From Eledone cirrhosa (lineage: Eukaryota), in contig OZ024760.1 in NCBI GenBank assembly GCA_964016885.1, positions 11,222,001 to 11,286,000 on the forward strand: DNA of 64,000 nt, in the 5' to 3' direction. Positions 14,834 to 29,789 of the stretch are shown here, piece after piece. The notes under the pieces are model-generated. The model was not told where the DNA came from. It ran no database searches and saw only the letters and a program-made list of their open reading frames with translations. The position numbers were made by a program, and so were the translations under genes. Position 1 is the first letter of the stretch; every line of letters starts with the position of its first letter.

Positions 14834-15070
14834 TGAATAAATAAATAAATAAATATATATATATTTATATATATATATGTATATATAAATAAATATATAT
14901 ATATGAATAAATAAATATATATATATGAATAAATAAATATATATATATTTATATATATATATGTATATATATATTTATATATATATATGAATAAATAAAT
15001 ATATATAAATAAATAAATAAATATATATACATATATATACATTTATATATATACATATATATATATATAA

Positions 15071-15145
<75 letters not shown>

Positions 15146-15444
15146 ATATTGATTGGACGTCTACCTAAGGGGTCAACATAGTAGGTATGGTGATATGCGA
15201 TAATGTTTAACGCCCATACTGATTCTTCAAGTAGAGAGTCTGTGCTGCGTGTTTGTGTGTATATATACACAAGTATATATACACACTCTCTCTCTCTCAC
15301 TCTAACTCTCTCTCTCTCTCATTCTCTCAATCTCTCTCTCTCTCTCTCGCTCTCTCCCTCTCTCTGGCTGTCTCTCTCTCTCTCTCGCTGTCTCTCTGTA
15401 TATATATATGCTTCTATTTATGTGTATATATAAATAAATACTTG

Positions 15445-15494
<50 letters not shown>

Positions 15495-15531
15495 AGTGTG
15501 TGTGTACATATAAATAGATATTGTTCATATA

Positions 15532-15755
<224 letters not shown>

Positions 15756-15775
15756 CCTACTCATTTATATATATT

Positions 15776-15964
15776 GGTGGATTGGCAGTATCGGTAGAGG
15801 GTCGGACGCCATGCTTTGACGCATAGAGTTACGTCCCTTGCCATTCTGAGTTCAAAGCCCGCCAAGGTTAACTTTGCCTTTCATCCTCATGGGGTCGACG
15901 AAATAAAGTACCAGGAATGCACTGGGTAATTGCTGGCCTTGTGCCAAAAGTAGAAACAATTATT
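15776..15964 (+). mobile_element. Full-length tRNA-derived SINE
   Basis: A box TGGCAGTATCGG, B box GTTCAAAGCC, core and tail. Confidence 0.9.
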
Positions 15965-15973
15965 TATACATAT

Positions 15974-16010
<37 letters not shown>

Positions 16011-16077
16011 CATATCTATATATATATATCAATAATTATCTTATATTGTTTATTACATAACTATATATATATATATA

Positions 16078-16175
16078 GGAACCAGTCTGGTTCCTATTAC
16101 CCACTCTACTACCTCAAGTATTGAGTACTTTGGTGCGTTATGGTCCACCTGGTTCCTTACCACATTTCCTTCGTT
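16078..16175 (+). mobile_element. Family A element with 8-bp fold-back
   Basis: GGAACCAG-T-CTGGTTCC, then the family A 3' part. Confidence 0.75.
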
Positions 16176-16633
16176 ATATATATATATATATATATATATA
16201 CATCGATACACTCAACGAGTGTCCTTTACCCGTTACATACAAAATACAACAACATATGTCCATGTTTATGTCTGTGTTTTTTTTAATGTATATATCTCTG
16301 TTTCTCTAGACAATGGCGCTTTTAGTTCTAGCTGATTCAGTTTAACTGATATTTATGTAAGGTTCCATCAAAGATATCACACGCTGACTCAACGATAATC
16401 CTGTGCTGTATCTATTGCGTATAACACATAAGAACATCTATAAAACGAGACGTATTTATCTTTCTATAAATTATTACTGAATATATTTCAATAGGCTGAC
16501 ATCTTTACATTTTCTTTCAGGCAAATAAATTTCTCTCCACATCGCTGGCTACGTCTGGTTTACATAAACACACATACTCACACACCCATATATACACATA
16601 CATAGATAATACTCATTCACACACACATACATA

Positions 16634-16679
<46 letters not shown>

Positions 16680-16837
16680 GGTGTGTATATATGTGTACAT
16701 ATATGTATATATGTATTTGTATATCTCTATTTTTATATATATATATATGTGTGTATATATATATGTGTACATATATGTATATATGTATTTGTATATCTCT
16801 ATTTTTATATATATATATATATATGCGTGTATATATT

Positions 16838-16894
<57 letters not shown>

Positions 16895-17281
16895 GTAAGT
16901 ATGTATGTAAGTATATATGTATGTCTACAAATGTAAATGTATGTATGTATATATACATATTTTATATGTTTGTAAATATATATATATATTTGTGTGTATG
17001 TATATGTGTGTGTATGTATATATATATGTATATATGTATGTATGCATATATGTCTGTCCGTTTGTATAAAAAAAAAATATATATATACGTGTGTGAGTGT
17101 GTATGTATGTATGTATATATATATATATATGTGTGTGTATGTATGTATATATGTACGTGTAAATATATATATATATATATATATATATTTGTGTGTATGT
17201 ATATGTGTATGTATATATATATGTATATATGTATGTATGCATATATGTCTGTCCGTCTGTATAAAAAAAATATATATATAC

Positions 17282-17313
<32 letters not shown>

Positions 17314-17744
17314 ATATATATATGTGTGTGTATGTATGTATATATGTACGTGTAAATATATATATATATCTATGTGTGTATGTATGTATGTACGTGTATA
17401 TATATATATATATATGAGTGTATATGTATGTGTATGTATGTATATATGTACGTGTAAATATATATATATATATATGTGTGTATGTATGTATGTATGTATG
17501 TACGTGTATATATATATATATATATGAGTGTGTATGTATGTGTATATATATATATGTATATGCTATGTATCTATATATCTATGATGTGTTAGCAACTCCC
17601 TCTATGACGCATGGTTTGATACTTCCATAGTAGAATGTCTTTAAGTGTAATTGTATAGCTTAATTTAGTTCTTTATACTCTATATCGTCTGCCCGGAGGT
17701 TTAATGGGATGGAGGGCTGGGAGTCCTCTTAGGATGGTGGATTA

Positions 17745-17862
17745 AATGTGTCGCCATATTTGTTATGACACTCTTTGTTCTTAGTTCAAATCTAGCTGAA
17801 AACAACTTTGTCTTTCATCCTTTCCAATTCGATAGAAAGATACCAGTCAAGTACTGGGGTCG
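17745..17862 (+). mobile_element. Old degraded SINE
   Basis: AGTTCAAATC...AACTTTGTCTTTCATCCTTT...TACCAGTCAAGTACTGGGGTCG. Confidence 0.55.
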
Positions 17863-18031
17863 GTTTTTTTTCTGCAGATCTATTTTCTTAATCTCTCTCT
17901 CTTTCTATCTCTCTCTCTCCCTCTCTCTCTCTCTACTCCTTCAATTTACATTTACTCGTGTATATGACGCGAGTAGATTATATGTAACTGGGGTCAGTTC
18001 TTCTTCTATACCACTTTTTCTCTTCATTTAT

Positions 18032-18079
<48 letters not shown>

Positions 18080-19135
18080 GTCACTTATTCGCGTATAACA
18101 CGACTGTTTGTTATTTATAAAACACGAAAACATAATTGGCGTCGATTCTTTCTCTAGACTCCCTTTTCTCTCTGTTAATCTCTCTCTAAACAACTCTCTG
18201 TCTCTGCCTGTATAACCACCTACAAATACTCGTGTATAGTACGAAAGTGTATTATATATAAAATAAGATCGATTCTTCCTTTATGTGTCTTGCTCACTTC
18301 ATCCCTCTCTCTCTCTATCTCTCTGCGTTTACTCTTTCCACCTACATTTCTTCGTGTATAGCAGGCGTGCCAGTTATATATAATATGAAGATGTAACTTG
18401 GATCATATCTTTCTCTTTACCACGATTTAGCACTTCATCATATCTCTCGCTCACTCTGTGTTTATGTTGTAGCACCTACATTTACTCGTCTATAGTACTA
18501 GTACCTGTTATATATCAAATACGAAGGTATGAAGTACAAACAAAATGAAAAAGTTAAAACACAAAGTTGACATAGCCCCTAATTCTTATTTATACATTAC
18601 CCTGAAAGCCCCCTATTATATTGAATACAAAAGAACAAAAACCAAGATATCATGTAAACCGAAACATAGAATATTATTTCTTCGTGACGATATTATTTTC
18701 CCCTAATTTTACATTGGCAAACAAATTGGTTGACACATTTTGTATGTTCCATTCCATGAATTTGTTTAAGCAGGAGATACTACTGTTACTTCAGCAGGCA
18801 CCTGCCTCCTGCCAGGTGGAAAGGTGATAATAGATTCATATTAAATAAACTAGATTTGCGTGACAGTGGTGAGTTTTCTTTTAAATATCATATAGAATCG
18901 ATTATGAAGACAAGAACTCAATAAGTGGTCGCTAAACCAGCTAGAAATGGAAGACAAATATACATTAATTTATTAGGCCCGATCTTCATGAAAGGAAGTT
19001 AATAAAAGACAAAAATAGAAAAAAAAAACAAAGGAAACAAAAAAGAGAGGTGCAATATTTTCCCAGAAAACAAAATTCTCGCAAATTTGGGAATGAAACG
19101 CTAAATTCCACTGCATAAGAAACAGATTCTAACAT

Positions 19136-19232
<97 letters not shown>

Positions 19233-19306
19233 TATTATATCATATATTATATTGTATTATATATATATATATATATATTTATTATTATATATAAATTTAT
19301 TATTTT

Positions 19307-19372
<66 letters not shown>

Positions 19373-19414
19373 GTATATTATATCATATATTATTTATAAT
19401 ATATTATATTGTAT

Positions 19415-19491
<77 letters not shown>

Positions 19492-19887
19492 GTATTACAT
19501 TATATATATATAATGCATACAAAATATAATATGTAGCAACATATATGCTACCAAGCTGTGAGTAAGTGCAAATGATATATAGTTGAATGTGATGTACATA
19601 GAGATTTCCATCGCGTGATATTTTTCTCTGGAGACTGACATTTATTACCTCACTATAATTCATCTTCATCGTTAGCACAATTGTCTCACTGGTGGCTAAT
19701 TATTAATAATTACATATAATTATTCGTTAGTCATATTGTGAATGGTGCGAATGCTACGAAGGTTTCTATGAATTAAGAGCAGTTGATGTGTATTCCGTTA
19801 AGTTCATGTGAGTTCTCTTATCACACACATATATATATATAACATATTTAATGTATGTACACAAACATATGTATATATATGCATATG

Positions 19888-19930
<43 letters not shown>

Positions 19931-20059
19931 GTATGTATATATAAAAATATGTGTACGTTTGTATATATAAAAACATATATAAGTATGTGTATATAAATAT
20001 ATATATATATATATGTATTACCAAATTATTATCAAATATAGTATTAAGCTTATAGATTT

Positions 20060-20117
<58 letters not shown>

Positions 20118-20119
<2 letters not shown>

Positions 20120-20331
20120 AACAAGTAAGACCCCGACGGCTGAGCTCAAGCCGTTTCGACGGCTAATTCTGGACACCAGAATAAATTTTCATTCAGTCCA
20201 GAATTAGCCGTCGAAACGGCTTGAGCTCAGCCATCGGGGTCTTACTTGTTCCTATTAACCACTCTACTACCCTAAGTATTGAGTACTTTGGTGCGTTATG
20301 GTCCACCTGGTTCCTTACCACATTTCCTTCG

Positions 20332-20333
<2 letters not shown>
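20118..20333 (+). mobile_element. Fold-back family A element
   Basis: Inverted and direct arms share the copy-specific variant CTTACTTGTTCC. Confidence 0.8.
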
Positions 20334-20376
<43 letters not shown>

Positions 20377-20417
20377 TTGGGTTACATATATATTTATTTA
20401 TTTATTTATTTATTGGG

Positions 20418-20474
<57 letters not shown>

Positions 20475-20775
20475 TTAGAAAGTTAAATAAAATTTAAATT
20501 TAAAATTAGTTTTCTCAAGTTAGCTGTTATATATATTGGTGTTACAGATATTGAAACAGAATGGGTTGTAACTGAAAATACCTTCAGATTAATTGATAGC
20601 ACTGTAAAATGGCGGAACCGATCTGGATTGTTGTATATATGTACATAACGTAATATAGAAGAAGTGTAATCAAATATACCTAATATAAATTAGTGTCATA
20701 AAGACAAATAAGATAGGTTGAATAAATTATGTATATATATGTATAAATTATGTATATATATATTATGTATATATA

Positions 20776-20864
<89 letters not shown>

Positions 20865-20866
<2 letters not shown>

Positions 20867-21053
20867 CAAAGGAAATGTGGTAAGGAACCAGGTGGACCAT
20901 AACGCACCAAAGTACTCAATACTTAGGGTAGTAGAGTGGGTAATAGGAACGAGTAGGACCCCGACGGCTGAGCTCAAGCTGTTTCGGCGGCTAATTCAGT
21001 CCAGAATTAGCCGTCGAAACGGCTTGAGCTCAGCCGTCGGGGTCCTACTCGTT

Positions 21054-21055
<2 letters not shown>
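20865..21055 (-). mobile_element. Fold-back family A element
   Basis: Palindrome centred on CGGCTAATTC-AGTCCA-GAATTAGCCG. Confidence 0.8.
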
Positions 21056-21097
<42 letters not shown>

Positions 21098-21099
21098 TA

Positions 21100-21364
21100 G
21101 CGGCGATGAATTAGTTTTGCGAGGTTTTTTATATGAAATCGTGTGTCGAAACAGATATTGTTATATGTGTTTGTCTATATTGTATCTGTATTATTTTTGA
21201 CCGCCGGTCAGTCAATGGCAACATTGAGGACCGAGTAAGTTAGATCGCAGATATATATATATAAAAGACAGCGAGAAGCGAAAACCAACCAAACAGTGAG
21301 TGTGTTCTGTTATTAATTCTGACAATATTACGCAAATATGACCCTCCCCAAATATAACAATATA

Positions 21365-21365
<1 letters not shown>
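21100..21365 (+). mobile_element. Family H-related PLE-like element
   Basis: GTGTGTCGAAACAGATATTGTTATAT and ATGACCCTCCCCAAATATAACAATA resemble the two orientations of 62965-63330. Confidence 0.5.
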
Positions 21366-21408
<43 letters not shown>

Positions 21409-21626
21409 TGTGTGTGTACGTATGTATGTATAGGTGTATACATATATATGTATACATGTTTACATAGTGTATATGTATATACATATATATTTACATAGAT
21501 TTATATATGCACGCATATGTATATGTATCTGTGTATTTGTGTATATATATATGTATATGCACATATATGAACACATACACATTATATATATATATATAGT
21601 AATAATACTATATATATATATAGTAA

Positions 21627-21741
21627 TAATAATTGTTTCTACTTGAGGCACAAGGCCAGCAATTAGCCAGTGCATTACTGGTACTTTATTTTATCGACCC
21701 CGTAAGGATGAAAGGCAAAGTCAACCTCGGCGGGATTTGAA
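21627..21741 (-). mobile_element. Truncated SINE
   Basis: SINE core and tail on the minus strand. Confidence 0.8.
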
Positions 21742-21763
21742 CACATATATAGTAATAATAATG

Positions 21764-21835
21764 AGTTTCAGAAGATCTCGTTAAGGGTGAAAGCAGCGAT
21801 TCTTTGCTTAAACTTTAATCTGTTATTTTAATAAA
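21764..21835 (+). mobile_element. Family D copy with variant HHR-like fold
   Basis: AGTTT-CAGAAGA-TCTCGTTAAGGGT-GAAA-GCAGCGATTCTTTGC-TT-AAACT...AATAAA. Confidence 0.55.
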
Positions 21836-21864
21836 TATATATATATATATATATTTATATATAT

Positions 21865-22019
21865 TAGAAAGTGAGGTTTTTGTTACAAAATGAAAAATAA
21901 CCGAGGTGTCTTACACGTGTGAAAGTATAAAGAAAAAAAGATGAGATCGAAAATGCAACTGGAGTTTTATTTTTTAAAAAATAAGACTCCAGTTGCATTT
22001 TCGATTTCATCTTTTTTTT

Positions 22020-22025
<6 letters not shown>
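21865..22025 (-). mobile_element. Fold-back element related to 45770-45960
   Basis: Inverted repeat 21928-22025 centred near 21975; shares ATCGAAAATGCAACTGGAGT with the 45.8-kb copy. Confidence 0.65.
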
Positions 22026-22056
<31 letters not shown>

Positions 22057-22369
22057 TATATGTTCACATACACATTATATATATATATATAATGTGTATG
22101 TATACATATGTGTGCATATACATATATATGTGTGTGTGTGTGTGTGTGTATGTGTGTGTATGTGTGTGTGTATGTGTGTGTGTGTGTGCGTGTGGTTGTG
22201 TGTCTGTATGTGTGTGTATGTGTGTGTGTATGTTTGTGTGCGCGTGCGTGTGGTTGCGTGTCTGTATGTGTGTGTATGTGTGTGTCTGTATGTGTGTGTA
22301 TGTGTGAATGTGTAGGTGTGTGTGCGTGTAGTTCTGTGTCTGTATGTGTGTGTATGTGTGTATGTGTGT

Positions 22370-22409
<40 letters not shown>

Positions 22410-22730
22410 GTGTGTGTGTACTGATTACTCGATAAATCTACAACAGACAATCTAGAAGAAGGTGCTATAATTGTGATAGAATACTACCGGAATATCAGAT
22501 TAGTGTTAGACTGATATAACGACAACAACAACAATAACAGCAACAGTAACGACAACAACAACAGTAGTAACAAGAAAAGCAGTAACAAGAACAACAGTAA
22601 CAACAGTAACACCACCAACAGTAGTAACACCACCAACAACAGCAGCAGCAGTAACAACAACAACAGCAACAACGATATCAACACCAGTAGCAAGAATTAC
22701 ACTAACCCTTCAGTAACAATAATAATAATG

Positions 22731-23675
22731 ATTTGATTTATTAGCCACAATGGCCGACATGTAGGGGACAATACACGAGAGGGACAGTGGGGGGTTTACA
22801 ATAAGGTCGAGTAAAAGTGCACAATGGCAAGACTAATTTAACAATGAAGATATAAAAAATATAAAATAAACTATGCATAAATATAAAAAAATAAATTCCC
22901 CGATAGGGGGTGGACGACCCTGGGGTGACTCGGGTACCCCACCAATCCTGAACCACCCTGCGCTTCTAGGGCACCCAGGGAGAGCACCCATCTCCTCAAG
23001 TTAGCTCGCCTATGTGCGCATGGTCAGAGTAGGCCCATTCACAAGGGGCCATTCGCGCCACATTCATCTACCTTTTAGCAAATGTACTGGGGGACAGCAC
23101 TTCTCTCTCCACCCTCACCTTCCTTTCCAGGTGAAACTTGAAGAAGTTGATGAGGGATTGGCCGAAGAGAAAAGTGTCTGTCTTCAGTCCTTTTAACCTG
23201 GTCCACCATATAACTTCTTTCGTAACTGCCACCAGACAGAGGAAAATTTCCTGCTCTTCCTGACCTAAGGAAGGCGGCGGGTCGATCTTCACTATGGACT
23301 CGGCCGATAGCCGGATTCGTTCCACACGCGACAGTAGCTGTTCGACATAACTCCACAAGTCAGTAATGCACGGACATTGGACAAATGCGTGCAGAATGGT
23401 TTCGTCGTTCTGTGTGCATCTTGGGCAGGTCCAGTAGAGTTTATCCATAACCGGTGGCACTGCCAAGCGAGGGATTTCTGGAAATTGTCCATCGTCCCCG
23501 GCTCGAAAGTCCTCCGGTACAGACTGGTCAGTTCGACTTCGTCGAGGCCCAAAGCTTCTCCGAGTGCGTCATCGCACTTGCCCACCACTAATCCTCTATA
23601 GAACTCGAGAGTGGAAGTTCCAATGATCGCATTGCCCGCTTGGTAGAGGGCAGTGAGTGCCTGGCAACATTCCAG
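22731..23675 (-). mobile_element. Tx1/L1-clade LINE 3' fragment (zf-RVT CCHC region plus 3' UTR)
   Basis: Frameshifted ORFs with KSLAWQC and CPRCTQNDETILHAFVQC (CxxC..H..C); ends TGTGGCTAATAAA next to (ATT)n. Confidence 0.8.
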
Positions 23676-24008
23676 AACAACAAAAGCATCAATAACAGCA
23701 ATATTAAAAACAACACCAACAACACCAACAGCAACAACTGCCACAACAACAATAACAACCGACATCATCAGTATCAACAACAACAACAACAACAACAACA
23801 ACAGCAAAAACAGCAGCTCCAACTGCAACAGCAATATTTAACACGTCTATCAAAAACACACCATGTTATTGTCATAGATTTGTAATTAACTGAGCTAAGC
23901 TTGATTAGTTTGTGGGTGGCAGGGGTGTGAGGTGGGAGGTTGGTATGGGGGAAAGGGGTGCTATATATATATATATATATAGTATATATATATATATATA
24001 TATATATA

Positions 24009-24068
<60 letters not shown>

Positions 24069-24301
24069 ATAGTGTATATATAGTGTATATATAGTGTATA
24101 TATACACTATATATATATATATATATATAGTGTATATATACACTATATATATATACACTATATATATATACACTATATATATATACACTATATATATATA
24201 TATACACTATATATATTTATATATATTTATAGTGTATATATAGTGTATATATACACTATATATACTATATATATTTATATATATATCATTACATATATAT
24301 T

Positions 24302-24342
<41 letters not shown>

Positions 24343-24399
24343 TTATATATAAATATATATGTAATGATATACATATATGAATATTGTATATGAGGAGAT

Positions 24400-24431
<32 letters not shown>

Positions 24432-24599
24432 TATATATGTGTGTGTGTGTGTGTGTGTTTTTGTGTGAGTGTATGTATAGACTGTATGTGTGTGTGAGTG
24501 TGTGTATGGTGTGTATGTGTGTGTATAGTCTGTATGTTAATGTGTGTGTGCAGTTCCAATTTAAATTCCAGATTTCCCTGTAATTGACAGCAGCAAACG

Positions 24600-24686
24600 C
24601 ATTGACAACAACGGCAACAACAACAACAACACCCATAATAACAACAACAACAACAGCAACAACAGCGACAACAACAACACCCACAA

Positions 24687-24717
<31 letters not shown>

Positions 24718-26388
24718 AACAACAATACTCACAACAACAACACCACCACAACAACAACAGCAACAACAACAACAACAACAGCAACAACAACCACAACAGC
24801 AGCAACAACAACAACAGCCATAACAACCACAACAGCAACAACAACAACAACAACACCCACAACAACAACAGCAACAGCAACAACAACAACACCCACAACA
24901 ACAACAGCAACAACAACACCCACAACAACAACAACAACAACAACCACAACAGCAACAACAACAACAACAACAACAACAGCACCCACAACAACAACAACAG
25001 CAACAACACCCACAACAACAACAACAACCACAACAACAACAACGACAACAACAACAACAACAACACCCACAACAACAACAACAACAGCAACAACAACAAC
25101 AACACCCACAACAACAACAACAACAACCACAACAGCAACAACAACAACAACACCCACAACAACAACAACAACCACAACAACAACAACGACAACAACAACA
25201 CCAACAACACCCACAACAACAACAACAACCACAACAACACCCACAACAACAACAACAACAACATCAACACCCACAACAACAACAAAAACAACCACAACAG
25301 CAACAACAACAACAACAACAACAACACCCACAACAACAACAACAACAACAACACCCACAACAGCAACAACAACAACAACACCCACAACACCCACAACAAC
25401 AACAACAACAACAACAACAACACCCACAACAACAACAACAACCACAACACCCACAACAACAACAACAACAACACCCACAACAACAACAACAACAACAACA
25501 CCCACAACAACAACAACAACACCCACAACAACAACACCCACAACAACAACAACACCCACAACACCCACAACAATAACAACAACACCCACAACAACACCCA
25601 CAACAACAACACCCACAACAACACCCACAACAACAACAACAACACCCACAACAACAACAACAACACCCACAACAACAACACCCACAACAACACCCACAAC
25701 AACAACAACAACACCCACAACAACAACAACAACAACAACAACAACACCCGCAACAACAACAACAACACCCACAACAACAACAACAACACCCACAACAACA
25801 ACAACAACACCCACAACAACAACAACAACACCCACAACAACAACAACAACAACAACACCCACAACAACAACAACACCCACAACAACAACAACACCCACAA
25901 CAACAACAACACCCACAACAACAACAACAACAACCACAACAACACCCACAACAACAACAACACCCACAACAACAACAACACCCACAACAACAACAACAAC
26001 AACAACAACAACACCCACAACAACAACAACAACAACAACAACAACACCCGCAACAACAACAACAACACCCACAACAACAACAACAACACCCACAACAACA
26101 ACAACAACACCCACAACAACAACAACAACACCCACAACAACAACAACAACAACAACACCCACAACAACAACAACACCCACAACAACAACAACACCCACAA
26201 CAACAACAACAACAACCACAACAACACCCACAACAACAACAACAACACCCACAACAACAACAACAACACCCACAACAACAACAACAACAACAACACCCAC
26301 AACAACAACAACACCCACAACAACAACAACACCCACAACAACAACAACAACAACCACAACAACACCCACAACAATAACAACAACACCC

Positions 26389-26420
<32 letters not shown>

Positions 26421-26430
26421 AACAATAACT
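24600..26430. repeat. (ACA)n array punctuated by CCC
   Basis: 1.8-kb trinucleotide array; source of poly-V/L/C ORFs. Confidence 0.95.
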
Positions 26431-26949
26431 GTCAATTAAAATATTTCTCTCGTCGACTAATTTCATTCTCTCTCCTCCCACTTCGTCCTTTACGTCTTCC
26501 TCCCCTTCATTCTCATCCCCCTCCTACTTCCCCTGCTCCTTCTCCACCTCCATCTCTTCTTCCTCCCACCTTCCTCCACAACCTCCTACTTCTCCACAAC
26601 ATCCCCCTTCCTCCTCCTCCTCCAAAATCTCTTCCATCACTTACTCTTCCCGCACCCCGCCATCCACCTTCTCTTTCCCTTCCTTCTCCCCTTCCTCCTC
26701 TCCCTCCTCCTTCTCCCCCTTCTTCTTTTCCTCCACTTCCGCCTCCCCCCATCTTCCTTCTCCACCTCCCCTTCCTCATCCCCCCTCCACCACCATTTCC
26801 TCCTCCTCCTTCCCCCATCTCCTCCCCTTCTTCTCCTCCTCCTCCACAACCCCTTCCACCACCCCCCCCTTCTCCCCATCCCTCTTCTCGCTCTCTTCCC
26901 TCTCCCCTTCCTCTTCCTCACCCCCTCCTACTACTCCTATTCACTCCAT

Positions 26950-28092
26950 ACAATCATTGAGAGGTACAACGAATTCCAGAGGCCCCTCGCCGTCAGCTTC
27001 ATCGATTTCTCCAAGGCATTCGATAGCATTCATCGACCGTCGCTCTGGAGCATCATGCATGAGTATGGTCTGCCCCAGAAAGTCATTTCGGAAATCAAAC
27101 AGATTTACGCAAACTCCAAGTGCTGCATACGGACAGAGGATGGTTACAGTGACTGGTTTGGGGTGGTTACTGGTGTGCGTCAGGGTTGCTCGCTCTCTCC
27201 AACATCTCTTTGCCATAGCCATTGACTGGGTACTAAGAAGAGCGTCTAAAGACCAGGGTATATCTTGGGTGGGAGAGCAAAAGGTGTCTGACCTGGACTT
27301 TGCGGACGATATTGTTGCACTTGCAGAGAGCACAGCTGACCTGCAAATCATTATGAACAATATCAATGTCGAAGCAGGAAGCTCAGGTCTCAATATCAGT
27401 GCTAAGAAGACCAAAAGCATGTTATCTGGGACATACCCATCACCAACTAGTGTTTTCATTGAGCAGGGGGAGGTGGAGATAGTGGACAACTTCACCTACC
27501 TAGGAAGCTCCATTGACAATGGGGGCGCCATGGACAGTGAATTGCAATGTAGAATGGGAAAGGCTTCAGCAGCATTTAACCAGCTTGTCAAGTTCTGGAA
27601 GAGCAGGAAGTTCACCCTCAAAACAAAGATGAGATTCTACAACAGCAACGTGCTGTCCACACTCTTGTACGGAAGTGAAACATGGCACCTTAAGACCAGC
27701 CAAGAGAAGAAGTTGGACGCATTCGATTCCAGGTGTCTGCAAAAGATCCTGGAGATTAAATGGAGTGACCATGTAACAAACCAGGAAGTCAGGAACCGCA
27801 CCAACCAGCAGCTCGTCTCTTCTGCCATCTGCAAGCGACGCCTGGGCTGGTTTGGGCACGCTTTGAGACTTCCCCCGGAGAGACTGGCGAACCAAATACT
27901 TAAATGGAACCCGCAGGGAAGCAGACGGAGAGGGCGACCCAAAATGAACTGGGGCCAGACAGTTGAGAGGGACCTGCGAGCGACAGACAATGGCGGGACG
28001 CTGTGCAACTGGCTGCTGACCAAACGCGATGGAACACTGTGATTGCCTCGTGCGTCGCAAGACGCGGGAGCTCCTGAGTCTGAGTCTGAATC
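26950..28092 (+). mobile_element. RTE-clade LINE, 5'-truncated reverse transcriptase pseudogene
   Basis: FIDFSKAFDSI and GVRQGCSLSP, frameshift near 27201, then LDFADDIV, FTYLGS, LLYGSETW, RRRGRPK; (CTGAGT)n tail. Confidence 0.9.
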
Positions 28093-28209
28093 TTTCAAAA
28101 CATTCTCCCCCTCCGTCCTCCTACCCCATCCCTACACATCTTCACCTCTTCCTCATCCTTCTTCCATTCCATCCCCACCATTTCATTGACCACCGCCACC
28201 ACGCCCCCT

Positions 28210-28580
28210 CCCCACCGCCATGGCCACACTGATGGTGACCACCACCACCGCCTCGCCCCCTCCCCACCGCCATGGCCACACTGATGGCGACCTCCCCCCC
28301 TCGCCCCCTCCCCGTCACCACCACCTCTCCCCCTCCCCACCACCACCACTTCGCCCCCTCCCCACCACCACCGCCTCGCCCCCTCCCCACCGCCATGGCC
28401 ACACTGATGGTGACCTCCCCCCCCCATCGCCCCCTCCCCGTCACCACCACCTCTCCCCCTCCCCACCACCACCACTTCGCCCCCTCCCCACCACCACCAC
28501 CACCTCGCCCCCTCTCCACCGCCACGGCCAGGCTGATGGTGACCGCCCCCTCCACTCCCCCTCCCCACCACCACCACCAC
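28210..28580. repeat. GC-rich minisatellite containing CCACCGCCATGGCCACACTGATGG units
   Basis: Repeated units with a period of about 120 bp. Confidence 0.75.
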
Positions 28581-28673
28581 CACCTCTAACACACCAGATG
28601 GAGTGAAGCAACGTAACAACAATTTAACCCATCGCACTAACCATTAAGCCTCCTATCCATCCGAGTATATGTA

Positions 28674-28721
<48 letters not shown>

Positions 28722-28792
28722 CGTGTGAGAGAGAGAGGAGAGAGAGAGAGTGTCTGTGTGTATACATACATACATGCATATAATATATATTC

Positions 28793-28825
<33 letters not shown>

Positions 28826-28848
28826 TAATATATATAGTATATATATAG

Positions 28849-28908
<60 letters not shown>

Positions 28909-29113
28909 TAATATACATAGTATATATATAGTATATAATATATATATATATATATAATATATATATATAATATACATAATATATATATATAATATACATA
29001 ATATATATATATATATATATATATAATATACATAGTATATAGTATATAATATATATATATATATATGTAGTATATATCTTATATTATAACATATGTGTAT
29101 AACATAAGATATA

Positions 29114-29155
<42 letters not shown>

Positions 29156-29170
29156 TATATCTTATGTTAT

Positions 29171-29201
<31 letters not shown>

Positions 29202-29233
29202 GTATATAGTATATAGTATATATCTCATGTTAT

Positions 29234-29267
<34 letters not shown>

Positions 29268-29789
29268 TATATAGTATATATCTCATGATATATATACACA
29301 CACACACGCATATATATATATAGTATATAGTATATATCTCATGTTATACACACACACACACACACACACACACGCATATATATATATAGTATATAGTATA
29401 TATCTCATGTTATACACACACACATATATAACATAAGATAAAGTCGGCTGCCAGTCATTGTGATAAGAACCCCCAGTATAAAAAGAGTTCAGAAGAAAGA
29501 TAAAATAATCGTTATTCTTGTTTGTTTTTTCTTTGCCGCCATATTATCGATGAAAGTCTATAGACCCAATGGCGGAGTGGCTTGTCGTGGCGTGGTGGAG
29601 GAGTTGGAGCAGTAGAATATCTATTAACGTCACCCCACACTTCACTCCTCTTTCTACACACACACTGCAAGGAAGAAATGGAGGTAGAAAACAAAGGAAG
29701 TCTCTACGAGAATCTTCAATCTAGACAGAAATGGAAGCTGTGTCTATTTTTGATGATTTAAAGATTCTACCAACCTCCTGCCCCTAATA

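Noticed and set aside
15776-15860. tRNA gene
   Set aside because: A and B boxes belong to a multi-copy SINE head; no proper cloverleaf
16495-16560. Splice acceptor CTGAC..TTTTCTTTCAG|G
   Set aside because: No convincing donor or recognisable coding sequence; cannot support an exon
24431-26481. Long ORFs of 405-664 aa
   Set aside because: Translations of an (ACA)n array; homopolymeric with no domain
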